Part shown: positions 20,524-32,176 of the stretch, piece after piece | Layout: the number at the start of each line of letters is the position of its first letter | How positions within the stretch are numbered: the stretch's first letter is position 1 | From: a virus | DNA length: 64,000 nt | Direction: 5' to 3' (one strand) | IMG/VR virus record: IMGVR_UViG_3300045970_000591 | Coordinates: 59,383 to 123,382 of that record | Notes under the pieces: model-generated | Database searches by the model: none | Told to the model about the DNA's origin: nothing | The model's input: only the letters and a program-made list of their open reading frames with translations | Made by a program: the position numbers and the translations under genes

Positions 20524-23367
20524 ATGGCTAACAATAACAAACCAATGATTGATTTACCGTTCTTTGAACTGTGCAACCAAGCGCCGGTGGCATCATCGGC
20601 AGTAACATGTATGACAACAGTGGAAGACGGCAGCGACCGATATATCTACTACATGGTGTCAGCAGCATTTTACAGATATGATACCGTTGCGGATACATGG
20701 CAGCTTTTGGCTACACCGCCGTTTACTCCGGCAGCAACGGTATCAATGCGCTATACAACCTTCCGTGGCTTTCATGGTAGGGTATTGGGCGCCACAGGTA
20801 CAACCGTGACAATACCCGGTCTTCGTGGTCCAACACTAAACGGCAAAACGATAAAGATTCTGCAAGGAACAGGTATTGGTCAAGAGCGCGTATTGACTTA
20901 TACAGGTGAGACCATTCACGCCGCAGGTGTTATCACAGCAACGTTAACAAACTATCTTCAAGACAATACTAAGAAATGGGAAATAAACCAGTGGTCAGGG
21001 TATATGGTTGGTATTACATTCGGCACTGACGCAACCCAATATAAAAAGTGTATTTATAATGATACCAATACGCTGTATTTTTACGACATAAACCTACAAC
21101 CACACGACCCGTGGAACAATCAGCCGTTTGCTGCTACAGCACCATACGCAGTGCCTGTCATAACAGCCGGCGCCCAGGCTCACTATCTGGTTATGTCATC
21201 TTCCTTCACTGTACCTACATGGACTGTGACGCCTGACTCAAGCTCATATTTTACCACAACTACCGGTGGCATATACATGGTATGTTCGTACACAGCAGCA
21301 CCTTGGTATCTTATGTACTATTACGATGTTATCGCAGACTCGTGGTCAACTCGGACTGTGCTACAGGGACTGAAAGTTGCCGCGTTCGGTACTGATATGT
21401 CGCTGGAAAGAACTGCTAAACTTGGTGGCCCTTATGTGTCTAAACTGGGCACAACATCGGCAACGATACGAACATTATCGGACTCCGGATTGGCATTGAC
21501 GCCAATGAGATACAATAACTATCGTGTGGTAATAACCGGCGGAACGGGTGTAGGACAAAACAGACGTATTGTGAATCATACAGCCACAACATTCACCATA
21601 CCTAAGAACTGGGATGTTACACCAGATGCTACATCAACCTACGAAGTGTGGCCCGACTTTGACAGACTATACCTGGGTGGTGACGGTGGCGCAGCAATGT
21701 ATGCTTACTCACCCGAGGGCGACTTTTGGATGCAAGGCCAATCATTTGACGACGGTATGACTGTAAATGCAGCAGCAACAATGAACGGATGGAACCCTGT
21801 TGGTATTGCTACAGGTGTAAGAATTGCAGCTGGTGTTACAGCCGTGAATCCAGTACCAACAGCAGGTGGTGCAAACTATGCCATTGGCGACTTTCTAACT
21901 TGTTCTGTCATTGGTACAGGTGCTCAAGTAGTTGTAACATCTATTTCTGCAGGTGGTGTTGTTACAGGAGTTCGCCTTGCACACTCTGGCACTGTTACTG
22001 GTTTTACAACAGGTGTAGGTAAGGCAACAACCGGTGGTGTAGGAACCGGTTGCACCATAGAGATTACAGCAGTTGGCGCAACAGCACTCATTACAACCTC
22101 ATCCGTTCATTGGTTTGAGTATGGGGATACGATTACATTCTCTGGGCTTGTTGAAGCAGCGTGGAACGCGGCATATACAATCATCGGGGTAAACTCATTA
22201 ACATCGTTTAGTGTAGCAGCACCAACTACCATCGGGTCAATGACAGCAACTTCAATACAAAGTATCACTGTGATAGTTGATAGTACCAAGAACTGGATAA
22301 ACAACGAACACGTAGGCCGCCTGGTTCATCTATCGGTGGCAGGTCAGATACCTACATCACAGGTAAGATGGATTCAGTCTAACACACAAACAACGCTCAC
22401 TGTAGCAACGATTGTTGCAGGTGTAACTGGTACCAGCAAGTATTGTATATATGACTCAAAGGTATTTGGTATTGACGATCAGCGTAAAGAGACAGGAATG
22501 TCCGGCTACGGCATGGCATCATCTGGTTCCACAACAACGCTGGCAGACAGCAGCAAAGGCTGGATTCCTAATCAGTGGGTTGGATATCTATTCAAGATAG
22601 AAGCCGGTACTGGGTACGGCTCGGGAAGGATAGCTATTACAGCAAACTCTACAAATACGCTTACATTTGCTACGCAAACTTTCACCCCTGACACAACAAC
22701 AAAATATGAGATTGCAGATGCATGGGGCATAGCATCATCTGGCGCCTTGAGCACCATAAACGAAATAACCTATAAAAACTGGGTTGTAAATCAATGGGCA
22801 GGTAAGCGCGTAAAAATTATTGCTGGTACCCTGCAAGGTACAGAGGCAGTTATTTCCTCTAATACTGCAACCGCACTCACTGCTGTCGTGGGTACTCCAG
22901 ATGCGACATCAGTATATGCCATTTATAGCATACCGGGGCGTGGTCAAAATACCCAACTAATGTGGATGTGGGGTGCAAGCGATGCAGCAAAGAAAGGTAG
23001 GTTTATGTTTTCTGTAAGGGGTGGATCATCTAACTCTGCCGACATTTATGATATAACAACTGGTAGATGGACCTTTGGTTATTTCTTTTCACCACAGGCT
23101 GAACTATTTGTTACCGGTTCCTCTTATGCATATGACGGAGCCGATACAATCTATATGTCACGTTCTTTGCTTAATGCACCTATTCGTATTTTCAAATACA
23201 ATATAAACACAAATAAGTTAGACGGTGCCGGAACAACTACTATTTTAAACAACACCGTTACTATTGGTAATATGATGGAGATTGTTGATAGTTCAGATTC
23301 GTTGTGCAGCTATCTATACGTGATGCAAAATACAGGAACGATCCTATGTAGAGCACTGCTGTTTTAA
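20524..23367 (+). CDS. Large virion protein with beta-rich repeats
   Basis: Repeated W..NQW.G..V.I..GTG.GQ and PD.TS.Y units; propeller-like termini. Confidence 0.55.
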   Translation: MANNNKPMIDLPFFELCNQAPVASSAVTCMTTVEDGSDRYIYYMVSAAFYRYDTVADTWQLLATPPFTPAATVSMRYTTFRGFHGRVLGATGTTVTIPGLRGPTLNGKTIKILQGTGIGQERVLTYTGETIHAAGVITATLTNYLQDNTKKWEINQWSGYMVGITFGTDATQYKKCIYNDTNTLYFYDINLQPHDPWNNQPFAATAPYAVPVITAGAQAHYLVMSSSFTVPTWTVTPDSSSYFTTTTGGIYMVCSYTAAPWYLMYYYDVIADSWSTRTVLQGLKVAAFGTDMSLERTAKLGGPYVSKLGTTSATIRTLSDSGLALTPMRYNNYRVVITGGTGVGQNRRIVNHTATTFTIPKNWDVTPDATSTYEVWPDFDRLYLGGDGGAAMYAYSPEGDFWMQGQSFDDGMTVNAAATMNGWNPVGIATGVRIAAGVTAVNPVPTAGGANYAIGDFLTCSVIGTGAQVVVTSISAGGVVTGVRLAHSGTVTGFTTGVGKATTGGVGTGCTIEITAVGATALITTSSVHWFEYGDTITFSGLVEAAWNAAYTIIGVNSLTSFSVAAPTTIGSMTATSIQSITVIVDSTKNWINNEHVGRLVHLSVAGQIPTSQVRWIQSNTQTTLTVATIVAGVTGTSKYCIYDSKVFGIDDQRKETGMSGYGMASSGSTTTLADSSKGWIPNQWVGYLFKIEAGTGYGSGRIAITANSTNTLTFATQTFTPDTTTKYEIADAWGIASSGALSTINEITYKNWVVNQWAGKRVKIIAGTLQGTEAVISSNTATALTAVVGTPDATSVYAIYSIPGRGQNTQLMWMWGASDAAKKGRFMFSVRGGSSNSADIYDITTGRWTFGYFFSPQAELFVTGSSYAYDGADTIYMSRSLLNAPIRIFKYNINTNKLDGAGTTTILNNTVTIGNMMEIVDSSDSLCSYLYVMQNTGTILCRALLF

Positions 23368-23376
23368 AAGGTAAAA

Positions 23377-25467
23377 ATGGCGTTAATCGACAAGGATATA
23401 CTAATAACCCCTAATAAGGGTGGACCACTTGATCCGCAGATAACATTTTCGGGGGCAGATGCTGCCACGGCCGCCCAAGATATTGTTTTACAAGTATATC
23501 CTACAAATAATGGTACTCTATCGTTTGAAGGAAGTGCCGGTCAGTTATTTTCTATAACAAATAGTTTAACAGGGACAATATTTTCAGTTAATGATGTATC
23601 AGGTATCCCAAGCATAGAGGTTCTGGATACAGGGTTAGTAAAACTCGCCCAGTATGGTGGAAATATAGTTATCGGCTCGAGTGTAGATGGTGGCCAAAAG
23701 TTACAAGTAAATGGTATAACCAAAACATTAGGATTACAAGGTAATGTTGTTTCTAAAACAGGTGCATATGCAGTAACAGCGAATGATCTACTAATAATGG
23801 TAGATTCAACAACTGCACCTATCACAGTAACACTACCGAGCGCAGTTACATATACTGGTCAAATATACACTGTAAAAAAGAGTGATAGCACAGCAAATGC
23901 AGTTACCATAGCAACTACTTCTGCGCAAACAATAGACGGTGTAACTACTCGCACATTATCAGCACAGTATGATCAGATTGTGGTACAATCAACAGGAACT
24001 AGTTGGGCTATAATAGGTACATCGGGCTATAGTGGTTACAGTGGAAAGTCGGGATACAGTGGATTTAGTGGAATAAATGGGGCATCTGGCGTAAGTGGCT
24101 ATAGTGGAATAAATGGGGCATCTGGCGTAAGTGGCTACAGTGGAATAAATGGAGCATCTGGCGTAAGTGGCTACAGTGGGTTCAGTGGAACAAGTGGCTA
24201 CAGTGGGTTCAGTGGAACAAGTGGCTACAGTGGTTTCAGTGGTGTAAGTGGCTACAGTGGTTTCAGTGGTGTAAGTGGCTATAGCGGTAAATCGGGTTAT
24301 AGTGGTTTCAGCGGAACAAGTGGCTATAGTGGAATAAATGGAGCATCTGGTGTAAGTGGCTATAGTGGTGTATCGGAAGGCCTCGCGTTTTTATTTAACA
24401 CCACAACAACTGTTACCGGTATAACAACAGGCACAATAAGATTTAATAATATAGCATATGGGTCGGCTACCACAGTGTGGATATATGATGCTGATAGGAG
24501 TGGATCAACACTCGGCCCTACCTTAAATAATATAAAGGTCGGTGATTCGATAAACATATTGGCAGAAGGTAATGATAGTATATTTGCAGACTTCGATGTT
24601 GTGTCGAATGTTGATTCAGGCAACTATCATACATTTACTGTCACATCTTCGTCGTGGTTAAATACCTTTACAAATGGTCAGCCGGTTAGGTTACAGCACA
24701 GTCATATAGGCGCAAGTGGCTACAGTGGGTTCAGTGGCTATAGTGGAATAAATGGTACCAGTGGCTATAGTGGAACAAGTGGCTACAGTGGTTTCAGTGG
24801 CGTAAGTGGTTACAGCGGAACAAATGGCGCATCTGGTATAAGTGGCTATAGTGGTTTCAGTGGTATAAGTGGCTATAGTGGTTTCAGTGGTGTAAGTGGC
24901 TATAGTGGTTTCAGCGGTGTAAGTGGCTACAGTGGAATAAATGGAGCATCTGGTGTAAGTGGCTATAGTGGGTTCAGTGGTTATAGCGGAACATCTGGCT
25001 ACAGCGGAATAAACGGACCGTCCACTGCTATCAATGCTACAGCACAGACAACAGGTACATATTATGTAGTTGGTGTGGCATCGACGGGAACTGCACAAAC
25101 ACCGAGCGCAGTTACAGCACAACCAATCAACTTTGACGCTGCGACAGGCACGCTGAATGCGGTTATTTTCAACACAACCTCAGATATTACACAGAAAACA
25201 AACATATCGAATATCGATAATGCTGTAGATATTGTTAATAATCTACAAGGTGTAGAGTTTAACTGGATTAGAAATAATAATAAGTCATCGGGTGTCATTG
25301 CACAACATATAGAAAAAGTATTACCTCACTTAGTTGATACAGATGCCAATGGATTAAAGAGTGTCAACTATGCAGGTATAAATGGGTATTTGATAGAGGC
25401 TGTTAAAGAACTATATTCTGAAATACAAATATTAAAGGCATTAAATAATAGCAAGGATGTGAAATGA
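23377..25467 (+). CDS. Collagen-like (Gly-X-Ser)n fibre with C-terminal S74 chaperone
   Basis: SGYSG tracts; TSDITQKTNI...LQGVEFNW...GVIAQHIEKVLPHLV. Confidence 0.8.
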   Translation: MALIDKDILITPNKGGPLDPQITFSGADAATAAQDIVLQVYPTNNGTLSFEGSAGQLFSITNSLTGTIFSVNDVSGIPSIEVLDTGLVKLAQYGGNIVIGSSVDGGQKLQVNGITKTLGLQGNVVSKTGAYAVTANDLLIMVDSTTAPITVTLPSAVTYTGQIYTVKKSDSTANAVTIATTSAQTIDGVTTRTLSAQYDQIVVQSTGTSWAIIGTSGYSGYSGKSGYSGFSGINGASGVSGYSGINGASGVSGYSGINGASGVSGYSGFSGTSGYSGFSGTSGYSGFSGVSGYSGFSGVSGYSGKSGYSGFSGTSGYSGINGASGVSGYSGVSEGLAFLFNTTTTVTGITTGTIRFNNIAYGSATTVWIYDADRSGSTLGPTLNNIKVGDSINILAEGNDSIFADFDVVSNVDSGNYHTFTVTSSSWLNTFTNGQPVRLQHSHIGASGYSGFSGYSGINGTSGYSGTSGYSGFSGVSGYSGTNGASGISGYSGFSGISGYSGFSGVSGYSGFSGVSGYSGINGASGVSGYSGFSGYSGTSGYSGINGPSTAINATAQTTGTYYVVGVASTGTAQTPSAVTAQPINFDAATGTLNAVIFNTTSDITQKTNISNIDNAVDIVNNLQGVEFNWIRNNNKSSGVIAQHIEKVLPHLVDTDANGLKSVNYAGINGYLIEAVKELYSEIQILKALNNSKDVK

Positions 25468-27494
25468 CACAATACTTAGATAAGTTCTTAGGTGGTATGG
25501 GTGTAAGTGGATATAGCGGTATAAGCCCTACACTTACTGCCACATATAATAACTTTGCAATCGGCACAGGTGCATTGGCATCAAATACAACAGGTAATAA
25601 CAATGTTGCGATAGGTATAGGCGCATTATGTAAAAATACAATCGGTTATAATAACTTTGCAAGCGGGTACACGGCACTCGCGGCCAACACCACAGGTGCC
25701 AATAACACGGCTATAGGATGCAAGGCACTCGCGGCCAACAATATAGGCAAGAATAACTTCGCCCAAGGCTACTATGCGCTCCTAAACAATACAATCGGCA
25801 GTTATAACTTTGCCCAGGGATCCTATGCGCTCTATGGCAACACCACCGGCAGTAATAACACGGCTATAGGGACCGGGGCACTATACTGCAACACCACTGG
25901 CATCAATAACATCGGTATCGGTTGCCGTTCACTATTCAATTCAAACTCTACCGGCACCAACATAGGTATCGGCTACAATGCAGGTAGTTCTATCACAACT
26001 GGTGTTAACAACACCGTCATAGGTTCTCTTGTAGCAGCCGCAGGCTGCGTCTGTACTTTACTACTTGGTGCAGGGACCTGCGAACGCATTCGAGTAGATA
26101 GCAGCGGTTTATATATTAATAATGCAATATGGAACTGTGGTACACCAACGTTAACACCAACATACAATAATCTAAACATTGGCACGGGTGCATTGGCATC
26201 AGTTACAACCGGTAATAATAACTTTGCAGTCGGTATAAATGCGTTATGTACGAATACAGTGGGTATTGCCAATATAGCAATAGGATGCGGTGCGTTAAAG
26301 TCTAATACATATGGTTTCTTTAATATTGCACTAGGGCCGTGTGCGTTATGTACCAACACCTCGGGCAGCTCTAACTTCGCTGCCGGATATGGTTCCCTTA
26401 TATTCAATACCTCGGGGAAATCTAATGTTGCCATAGGGTGTCAGACACTATATTATAACTCAACCGGTTGTCATAATGTAGCCATAGGGTGTAGAGCACT
26501 ATTTTCCGCCACCGGTGGTATAAACAATATTGCAATGGGCGAATACGCCCTCACCAATACAACTACCGGGCAAAATAACATTGCACTAGGATATTGGACA
26601 CTACGGTGTAATACAACAGGCAGCTACAACTTTGCCTTCGGAACATATACTCTATATCAAAACACAACAGGATATGATAATTTTGCTGTAGGTTATAGAA
26701 CTTTAACCAGTAATACAGGTGGCATGCACAATGTAGCATTAGGCCAGTGTGCTATGATTTGTAACACCACCGGATGTAATAACTTCGCTGCAGGGCCGAG
26801 TGCCAATCAATACGGGGTAACAGGATCAGATAATATTTCTATCGGTGCATGTGCCTCATATTATACTGCTGGTTCCTGTAATATTGCAGTAGGTGGAATG
26901 TCTCTGCGTAATAACTATTATGGTTTAGGCAGTGTTGGTGTAGGGTACTGTGCATTATATGGAAGCAACTGTAGTTTTAACACAGCCATAGGGAATCTCG
27001 CCGGTTGGACAAATACAACTGGTGTAAATAACTCATATATCGGCAATGGTGCTGTAGGACTCACAGCCACATCTGCCAATACTGTTACTTTAGGTAACAA
27101 CAGTATCACAACCCTAAGAGCCCAGGTAACCACTATAACTGCACTATCTGATGCAAGAGATAAGAAAGACATCGTTGATATCCCTTTAGGACTCGACTTT
27201 ATCAATCAAATCAGACCCGTGAAGTTTACATGGAATATGCGTGACGGGAGTAAAGTAGGCCAGGGATACGCAGGTTTCATCGCACAAGAACTGAAACAAG
27301 TAATGGACTATCACCAAGTCAAGGATTGGCTTGATTTAGTACTCGAAGACAATCCCGATCGATACGAAGCCGCACCAGGCAAACTACTGCCTATCATTGT
27401 TAAAGCAATCCAGGATTTGTCTAAAGCAAATGATAAGTTAAAGGCACAAGTTGCCGACAATACAGCTAAAATAGAAAAACTGCTTGCAGGTTAA
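25464..27494 (+). CDS. Tail fibre/spike with 14-aa repeats and S74 chaperone (paralog 2)
   Basis: Same repeats and near-identical chaperone to 11156..13315. Confidence 0.85.
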   Translation: MTQYLDKFLGGMGVSGYSGISPTLTATYNNFAIGTGALASNTTGNNNVAIGIGALCKNTIGYNNFASGYTALAANTTGANNTAIGCKALAANNIGKNNFAQGYYALLNNTIGSYNFAQGSYALYGNTTGSNNTAIGTGALYCNTTGINNIGIGCRSLFNSNSTGTNIGIGYNAGSSITTGVNNTVIGSLVAAAGCVCTLLLGAGTCERIRVDSSGLYINNAIWNCGTPTLTPTYNNLNIGTGALASVTTGNNNFAVGINALCTNTVGIANIAIGCGALKSNTYGFFNIALGPCALCTNTSGSSNFAAGYGSLIFNTSGKSNVAIGCQTLYYNSTGCHNVAIGCRALFSATGGINNIAMGEYALTNTTTGQNNIALGYWTLRCNTTGSYNFAFGTYTLYQNTTGYDNFAVGYRTLTSNTGGMHNVALGQCAMICNTTGCNNFAAGPSANQYGVTGSDNISIGACASYYTAGSCNIAVGGMSLRNNYYGLGSVGVGYCALYGSNCSFNTAIGNLAGWTNTTGVNNSYIGNGAVGLTATSANTVTLGNNSITTLRAQVTTITALSDARDKKDIVDIPLGLDFINQIRPVKFTWNMRDGSKVGQGYAGFIAQELKQVMDYHQVKDWLDLVLEDNPDRYEAAPGKLLPIIVKAIQDLSKANDKLKAQVADNTAKIEKLLAG

Positions 27495-27515
27495 GTATGT
27501 ATATAAATACGTTGT

Positions 27516-30500
27516 ATGACGTATTCTATCATTATCCCTACCTATAATCACTGTGAAGATTTCTTAAAACCGTGCTTAGAATCTATCTTTCGGTATACTG
27601 ATTTATCTGATGTTGAGATTATTATATCAGCAAATGGTTGTATAGACAACACAAAAGCATATGTAGACAGCCTACCATACAATGTTAAACTTGTCTGGTC
27701 TGATACCGCAACGGGCTACACAAAAGCAACAAACGATGGCATAAAAGTTGCAACAGGTGATTACATTATTTTAATGAATAATGATGTTGTATTATTACCA
27801 CAGGAAACAAATACCTGGTTGCATATGCTATGTAATCCTTTCATTGATGGGAAAGTTGGTATAACAGGGCCTATGAAGTTTAGTTGGGACTGTGGTGGAA
27901 TACAATATGATGGTATGGCATTCTGGTTAGTTGCAATACGAAAAGAGGTATTTGCAAGCATAGGTATATTAGATGAAATATATTCTCCAGGGATGGGGGA
28001 GGATGGAGATTTTTGTATAAGGGCGACAAGCTCAGGATATACATTAGTTAGCGTACCAAACGATGTAAAGACTGCATTCGGTGCCGGCCCTGGTCACGAT
28101 GCCTTTCCGATCTACCACGCCGGCAATGGTACATTTGCTGATGATGAAAGACTCAAGAATGATATCATAGAGAGAAATAATAAGATTTTGGCAAATAAAT
28201 ACGGCAAGAAGAAATACAGTATTGTTATCCCGACTTATAATCATTGCGACGATTTATTGAAACCGTGCATTGAATCTATTATTGAACACACCGATTTAGA
28301 TAACACAGAGATTATTGTTGTGGCAAACGGGTGCGAAGATAATACACACATATATGTTAGTAGTTTGGGAGATTTAGCCAAACTTATATGGGTTGACGAT
28401 GCAATAGGTTACACGAAAGCCACTAATATAGGTATACAAGCTGCACGCGGCGAGTATATAATACTGCTAAATAACGACACGATGTTTTTAAGTCAGGAAA
28501 AGAATACCTGGATAAGATTATTAGAAGCACCGTTTATAAATCCTAAAATGGGTATTACCGGCGTATTAGAAAACTATGATCCGTATGCCGATGCAAAGTT
28601 TCTTGTATTCTTTTGTGTAATGATACCTAAAAAACTATTTAATGAGATAGGTATATTAGATGAGATTTTTAGTCCAGGGTACGGGGAAGATATTGATTTT
28701 TCGTTAAGAGCAGCAAAAGCAGGGTATTCTTACAAAAGTGTAGATTCGTTCATATATGTTAATGGAAATACGCATACAACATACCCTATTTGGCATAAAA
28801 ATAATAAGACATTCGGTGAGATATCCGAATACAGCACAAAGATAGTAGTCAGAAACAGTGCTATATTGGCACAAAGATATGGAAAAAAGATGAAAAAATA
28901 TAGTGTAGTTATTCCGACATATAATCATTGCGACGATTTATTAAAACCGTTGGTAGATAGTATTATTAAATATACCAACTTAGATAATATTGAGTTTATC
29001 ATTGTTGCAAATGGTTGCACAGATAATACAAAAGCATATGTTGAAAGTTTAGGTGCGCCATTTAAGTTGGTGTGGTCAACTGACGCAATAGGATATACAA
29101 AAGCAACCAACTTAGGTATTAAGGAATGTAACTCAGAGTTTGTTATTTTATTAAATAATGATACCGAGTTATTAAGTCAAACAAAGAACGATTGGCTAAA
29201 GATATTAGGAGCGCCCTTTGCAGATGAAAAAGTAGGCATGGTTGGCCCGTTAGAAATGTTTGATAGATACTCAAACCATCATGTGCTTATATTTTTCTGT
29301 GTTATGATTCGTAAGAAACTATTTGACGAGCTTGGTTTGTTAGATGAGATTTATTCACCGGGCGGCGGGGAAGACATTGACTTTACTATTCGCGCCCAAA
29401 AAGCGGGATGGAAGACAATGCCTACCTCTATACCAACATATACAGCATCTGTAAAAACAAATGTAGGCGATTTTCCTATCTGGCATAAAGATAATCAAAC
29501 GTTTAGGGATATCCCGGAATATACAAAAAGCATTATTAAAGTAAATGGCTTACTAAACTGCAAAAGATACAATGATAATATTAAGCTAAATCTTGGAGCA
29601 GGCGGCATAGATTATGACGGGTTCTTGTCAGTTGATATGTATGATAAGCGGTCTAACATTCCAATGGATATAACAAAGTTAGATTTCGATGATAATACCG
29701 TTGTAGAAATAATGGCATCACATGTATTTGAACATTTGAATCCATATCACTCTGTGGCGATTTTGCAAGAATGGTTGCGTGTGTTGAAACCAGGCGGCAA
29801 GTTAGCAATGGAAATGCCCGATATTGAAGCACTATGCAAGAGTTTCTTAGCTGAAAAGGATTACTACAAGAAAATGGGTATTCTAAATGCAGTCTATGGA
29901 AGTGTAAATACAACTGATGTAGGCGGTCCAGACGAGATAACAAGCCCGCATTTGTTCGGGTGGTGGCCAGAATCGTTGTTTAACCACTTACAGGCAGCGG
30001 GTTATATTGATATTACTTTTCACCCAGAGAAATGGCCGCACCCGTGTGATAACCTGCGCGTAGAAGCATATAAGCCATCGATTACGATTGATAAGGATAA
30101 TCTAAAAGCACAGGAGCCAAATACATATCACGAAATATTTGAACAAAATACATATGGTGTAGAAACAGCAGAAGTGCGCGGTAAGACTGTTATTGACATT
30201 GGTGCCAATCTTGGAATGTTTTCGCTATCTTGCTTATCAAGAGGCGCAACAAAACTCATAGCAATCGAAGCGCAACCCACAGTATATAACTTAGGTATGC
30301 TTAATAATATTGCTCCTTATCCTGCTATTATTCCGTTAAACTATGCTGCATCTGATGTAGATGGTGCTATAGTTCATATTCCTAACGCACACGTTGCATC
30401 AAGGGTAGGCGGCACCGATGGTGATGCGGTAGAAACGATAACATTGGCAACGGTGTTAGATAGATATAATATTATTGGTGATGATTTAGTAATGAAGATT

Positions 30501-30752
30501 GATTGCGAAGGATCAGAGTTCAACATATTATTACCTGCACCAACAGAACTGCTTCGTAGATTTAATATAATCTATATGGAAGTGCATGCCAATACAAACG
30601 AAAACCCTGCATATCACGATGTAAAACTTATAGAAAACAAAATGATTGCATCGGGATTTAATCTTGCTAAGAGATTTACATATTACTCATATAACGAGAA
30701 GGGTGAGTCATTCCATATTGGCGTGTATGTTGAAAAATGGGTGCGCGTATGA
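27516..30752 (+). CDS. Polyprotein: three GT2 glycosyltransferase domains, a SAM methyltransferase and an FkbM methyltransferase
   Basis: Three YS(I/V)(I/V)IPTYNHC.D...NND(V/T) domains; KLNLGAGG...SHVFEHL; IDIGANLGMFS...MKIDCEGSE. Confidence 0.9.
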   Translation: MTYSIIIPTYNHCEDFLKPCLESIFRYTDLSDVEIIISANGCIDNTKAYVDSLPYNVKLVWSDTATGYTKATNDGIKVATGDYIILMNNDVVLLPQETNTWLHMLCNPFIDGKVGITGPMKFSWDCGGIQYDGMAFWLVAIRKEVFASIGILDEIYSPGMGEDGDFCIRATSSGYTLVSVPNDVKTAFGAGPGHDAFPIYHAGNGTFADDERLKNDIIERNNKILANKYGKKKYSIVIPTYNHCDDLLKPCIESIIEHTDLDNTEIIVVANGCEDNTHIYVSSLGDLAKLIWVDDAIGYTKATNIGIQAARGEYIILLNNDTMFLSQEKNTWIRLLEAPFINPKMGITGVLENYDPYADAKFLVFFCVMIPKKLFNEIGILDEIFSPGYGEDIDFSLRAAKAGYSYKSVDSFIYVNGNTHTTYPIWHKNNKTFGEISEYSTKIVVRNSAILAQRYGKKMKKYSVVIPTYNHCDDLLKPLVDSIIKYTNLDNIEFIIVANGCTDNTKAYVESLGAPFKLVWSTDAIGYTKATNLGIKECNSEFVILLNNDTELLSQTKNDWLKILGAPFADEKVGMVGPLEMFDRYSNHHVLIFFCVMIRKKLFDELGLLDEIYSPGGGEDIDFTIRAQKAGWKTMPTSIPTYTASVKTNVGDFPIWHKDNQTFRDIPEYTKSIIKVNGLLNCKRYNDNIKLNLGAGGIDYDGFLSVDMYDKRSNIPMDITKLDFDDNTVVEIMASHVFEHLNPYHSVAILQEWLRVLKPGGKLAMEMPDIEALCKSFLAEKDYYKKMGILNAVYGSVNTTDVGGPDEITSPHLFGWWPESLFNHLQAAGYIDITFHPEKWPHPCDNLRVEAYKPSITIDKDNLKAQEPNTYHEIFEQNTYGVETAEVRGKTVIDIGANLGMFSLSCLSRGATKLIAIEAQPTVYNLGMLNNIAPYPAIIPLNYAASDVDGAIVHIPNAHVASRVGGTDGDAVETITLATVLDRYNIIGDDLVMKIDCEGSEFNILLPAPTELLRRFNIIYMEVHANTNENPAYHDVKLIENKMIASGFNLAKRFTYYSYNEKGESFHIGVYVEKWVRV

Positions 30753-31711
30753 TTCTATGCAGCATATCTACAAAAGGTAGGTATCACACTACCTTACCAT
30801 TAGCAATAATGGCAGTGATAAATCAAACGAAAAAAGTTGATAAACTTGTTATATTTGACGATAATGATACGCCTGAAGATATGAGGCAGGTTCAAATATA
30901 TCAGTATATGTTTGAGATGATGAATCTTAAAGGTATTGCGTGGGAATGGGCATATGCATTAAAGAAAGGGCAACACTATAATCACCAAAAAGCAAACGAA
31001 ATGGGGGTTGAATGGTGTTGGAGGGTAGATGACGATTGTGTGCCGGAGCCTAATGTATTAGAAACACTCTATTCCTATGTAAATAGTTCTGTAGGTGCAG
31101 TTGGTGGCGCAATACTAACACCACCATATGCGCCTGTCGGTAATGCTACAGGTATGATGGAACACATAGATAAAGAACAAAGCATTCAGTGGAACCCTAT
31201 AAAGGTAGCAAAAGAAGTTGATCATTTGCACTGCTCATTTTTGTATCGCGCAGGAATACAGGATTACAACTTAGCATTATCAAAAGTGGCATTTAGGGAA
31301 GAAACTTTATTCACTTATGGATTAAAGAAGAAAGGATATGGCATTCTTGTTGTACCTAATGCAACAACATGGCATGTAAAGAATAAGTTTGGTGGCGTGC
31401 GTACCGAACAGGAATCTATGTTTGCACACGACGATATGATTTTTAGAAATATTATGTCGTTTGATAAACAAACTATTGTTGTATTAGACAACGGAATGGG
31501 TGATCATATAATAGCTAAGAAAATATTACCATTATTAAAAGATCCTGTTGTATTTTCTTGCTACCCCGATATTGTGCCCGGTAGAAGTATTCAAGAAGCT
31601 AAAGACTTGTTTGGCGATATCGATCAGTGGAATATATACAAGAAAATGGATCAATGGAACTGGAAAGGTGAAGTTTTAGATGCATTTAAGAAAATGTATG
31701 GAGTAATATGA
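30737..31711 (+). CDS. GT2-like glycosyltransferase
   Basis: WRVDDD DxD motif, FREET. Confidence 0.7.
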   Translation: MGARMILCSISTKGRYHTTLPLAIMAVINQTKKVDKLVIFDDNDTPEDMRQVQIYQYMFEMMNLKGIAWEWAYALKKGQHYNHQKANEMGVEWCWRVDDDCVPEPNVLETLYSYVNSSVGAVGGAILTPPYAPVGNATGMMEHIDKEQSIQWNPIKVAKEVDHLHCSFLYRAGIQDYNLALSKVAFREETLFTYGLKKKGYGILVVPNATTWHVKNKFGGVRTEQESMFAHDDMIFRNIMSFDKQTIVVLDNGMGDHIIAKKILPLLKDPVVFSCYPDIVPGRSIQEAKDLFGDIDQWNIYKKMDQWNWKGEVLDAFKKMYGVI

Positions 31712-32142
31712 TTTTAATATTTCCTTATGCTAAACAGCTATTAAACGGGCAAGAAAACCCTAAGAACTATCCAATACAATGCTGGAAAGAACTATTAGCA
31801 ATGATAGATGAGCCTGTTGTGCAGGTGGGTGTCGATGGTGAGGTGCAACTTGTGCCCGATTTTAGAAAAAACCTGTCTATGGCAGACTTAGCAAAGTTAG
31901 TTAAAGAATGCCGGACGTGGATATCTGTAGATTCCTTTGCACAGCACTTTTGTTGGGATTTAGATAAGCAGGGTATTGTTATTTTCAGCCAATCTGATCC
32001 AAACATATTTGGCCACAAAGAAAATAAAAACTTATTAAAAGATAGGAAGTATCTTAGACCAAATCAGTTTTGGCTCTGGACACAAACTGTATATGATATA
32101 AACGCATATGTTTCACCTTTAGAGATATACCAAGAACTATAG
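31708..32142 (+). CDS. GT9 (heptosyltransferase-like) C-terminal-domain protein
   Basis: NPKNYP..W..L, ISVDSFAQH, IVIFSQSDP. Confidence 0.6.
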   Translation: MILIFPYAKQLLNGQENPKNYPIQCWKELLAMIDEPVVQVGVDGEVQLVPDFRKNLSMADLAKLVKECRTWISVDSFAQHFCWDLDKQGIVIFSQSDPNIFGHKENKNLLKDRKYLRPNQFWLWTQTVYDINAYVSPLEIYQEL

Positions 32143-32176
32143 GTAAATACTTATTGACGAGTTCATAGGAGCGAAG

